DNA from: Octopus sinensis
Taxonomy: Eukaryota
Direction of reading: 5' to 3'
DNA length: 64,000 nucleotides
NCBI RefSeq assembly: GCF_006345805.1
Contig: NC_042999.1
Location: 113,522,001 to 113,586,000 of the forward strand
Position numbers and translations under genes: made by a program. Within the stretch, counting starts at the first letter, position 1. Each line of letters starts with the position of its first letter. The notes beneath the pieces are model-generated. The model saw nothing but the letters and a program-made list of their open reading frames with translations, did not search any database and was not told the DNA's origin. Shown here piece by piece: positions 63,513 to 64,000 of the stretch.

Positions 63513-64000
63513 TATATTAATGTCGGCTTCCTGTCAATGTTTAACATGGTCGCCTTGTAGCTATGGAACTATTGTTATCAAAAATTAGTGTGGTGACGTC
63601 TCTATAGTTATAATAATGTATTACTGTGAGGTTAGTTATCAGCTACAAATATATATTTCAGCTCTAAGTTGTTGCCATTCTGCAGAATATAAATTGTGAC
63701 AAACACTTCAATACTACTCTGGAACCCGAGACGATACCACCACTATACTCAAGCACATACTTGCCTGCACAAAATAAAGACCAACCGGTTCATTAATAAA
63801 GACCCATTCAGACACATTCACCGACTCTTCTTCCGACTCTAAAATTAGTCTCCGTTCCTCTGAGCTAACAAGATACACTCCTAAACCCAATCAAGGCAAC
63901 CATTACATACTCTCTCATCAATCCTACTGGTTCCAGGCACAAACCCTACACCTTGCTTTGGGTTTATTCAAATATTATGAGTGAAATTGAATTAATAGGA

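Overview
AT-rich, repeat-dense eukaryotic genomic DNA, very probably Octopus (inferred from SINE/LINE content and microsatellite style, not proven). The one host gene is the 3' part of MED15 on the + strand: 13 GT-AG coding exons from 19647 to 36362 that splice into one frame (466 codons plus stop; Q/P-rich region, then the conserved MED15 C-terminus). The N-terminal KIX exons were not found in the window. The rest is transposable elements. These include a near-intact RTE-clade LINE (about 8.06-14.69 kb) with a PHD-type zinc finger inside its RT, a duplicated 5' block and a six-unit tandem array of its 3' UTR, and three CR1-type LINE copies embedded in (TA)n tracts, two of them tail-to-tail. 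Also present are a REL-endonuclease (HERO-like) LINE fragment, Tc1/mariner relics (DD34E, DD34D, DD37D and a foldback derivative), hAT and Ty3/gypsy relics, a probable solo LTR, non-autonomous Helitrons, several hairpin MITEs and at least three SINE families. There is a 100-N gap at 55746-55845. There is no prokaryotic system, CRISPR array, rRNA or true tRNA gene. The best leads are retroelement architecture and LINE-SINE 3'-end sharing; novelty cannot be confirmed without database searches.
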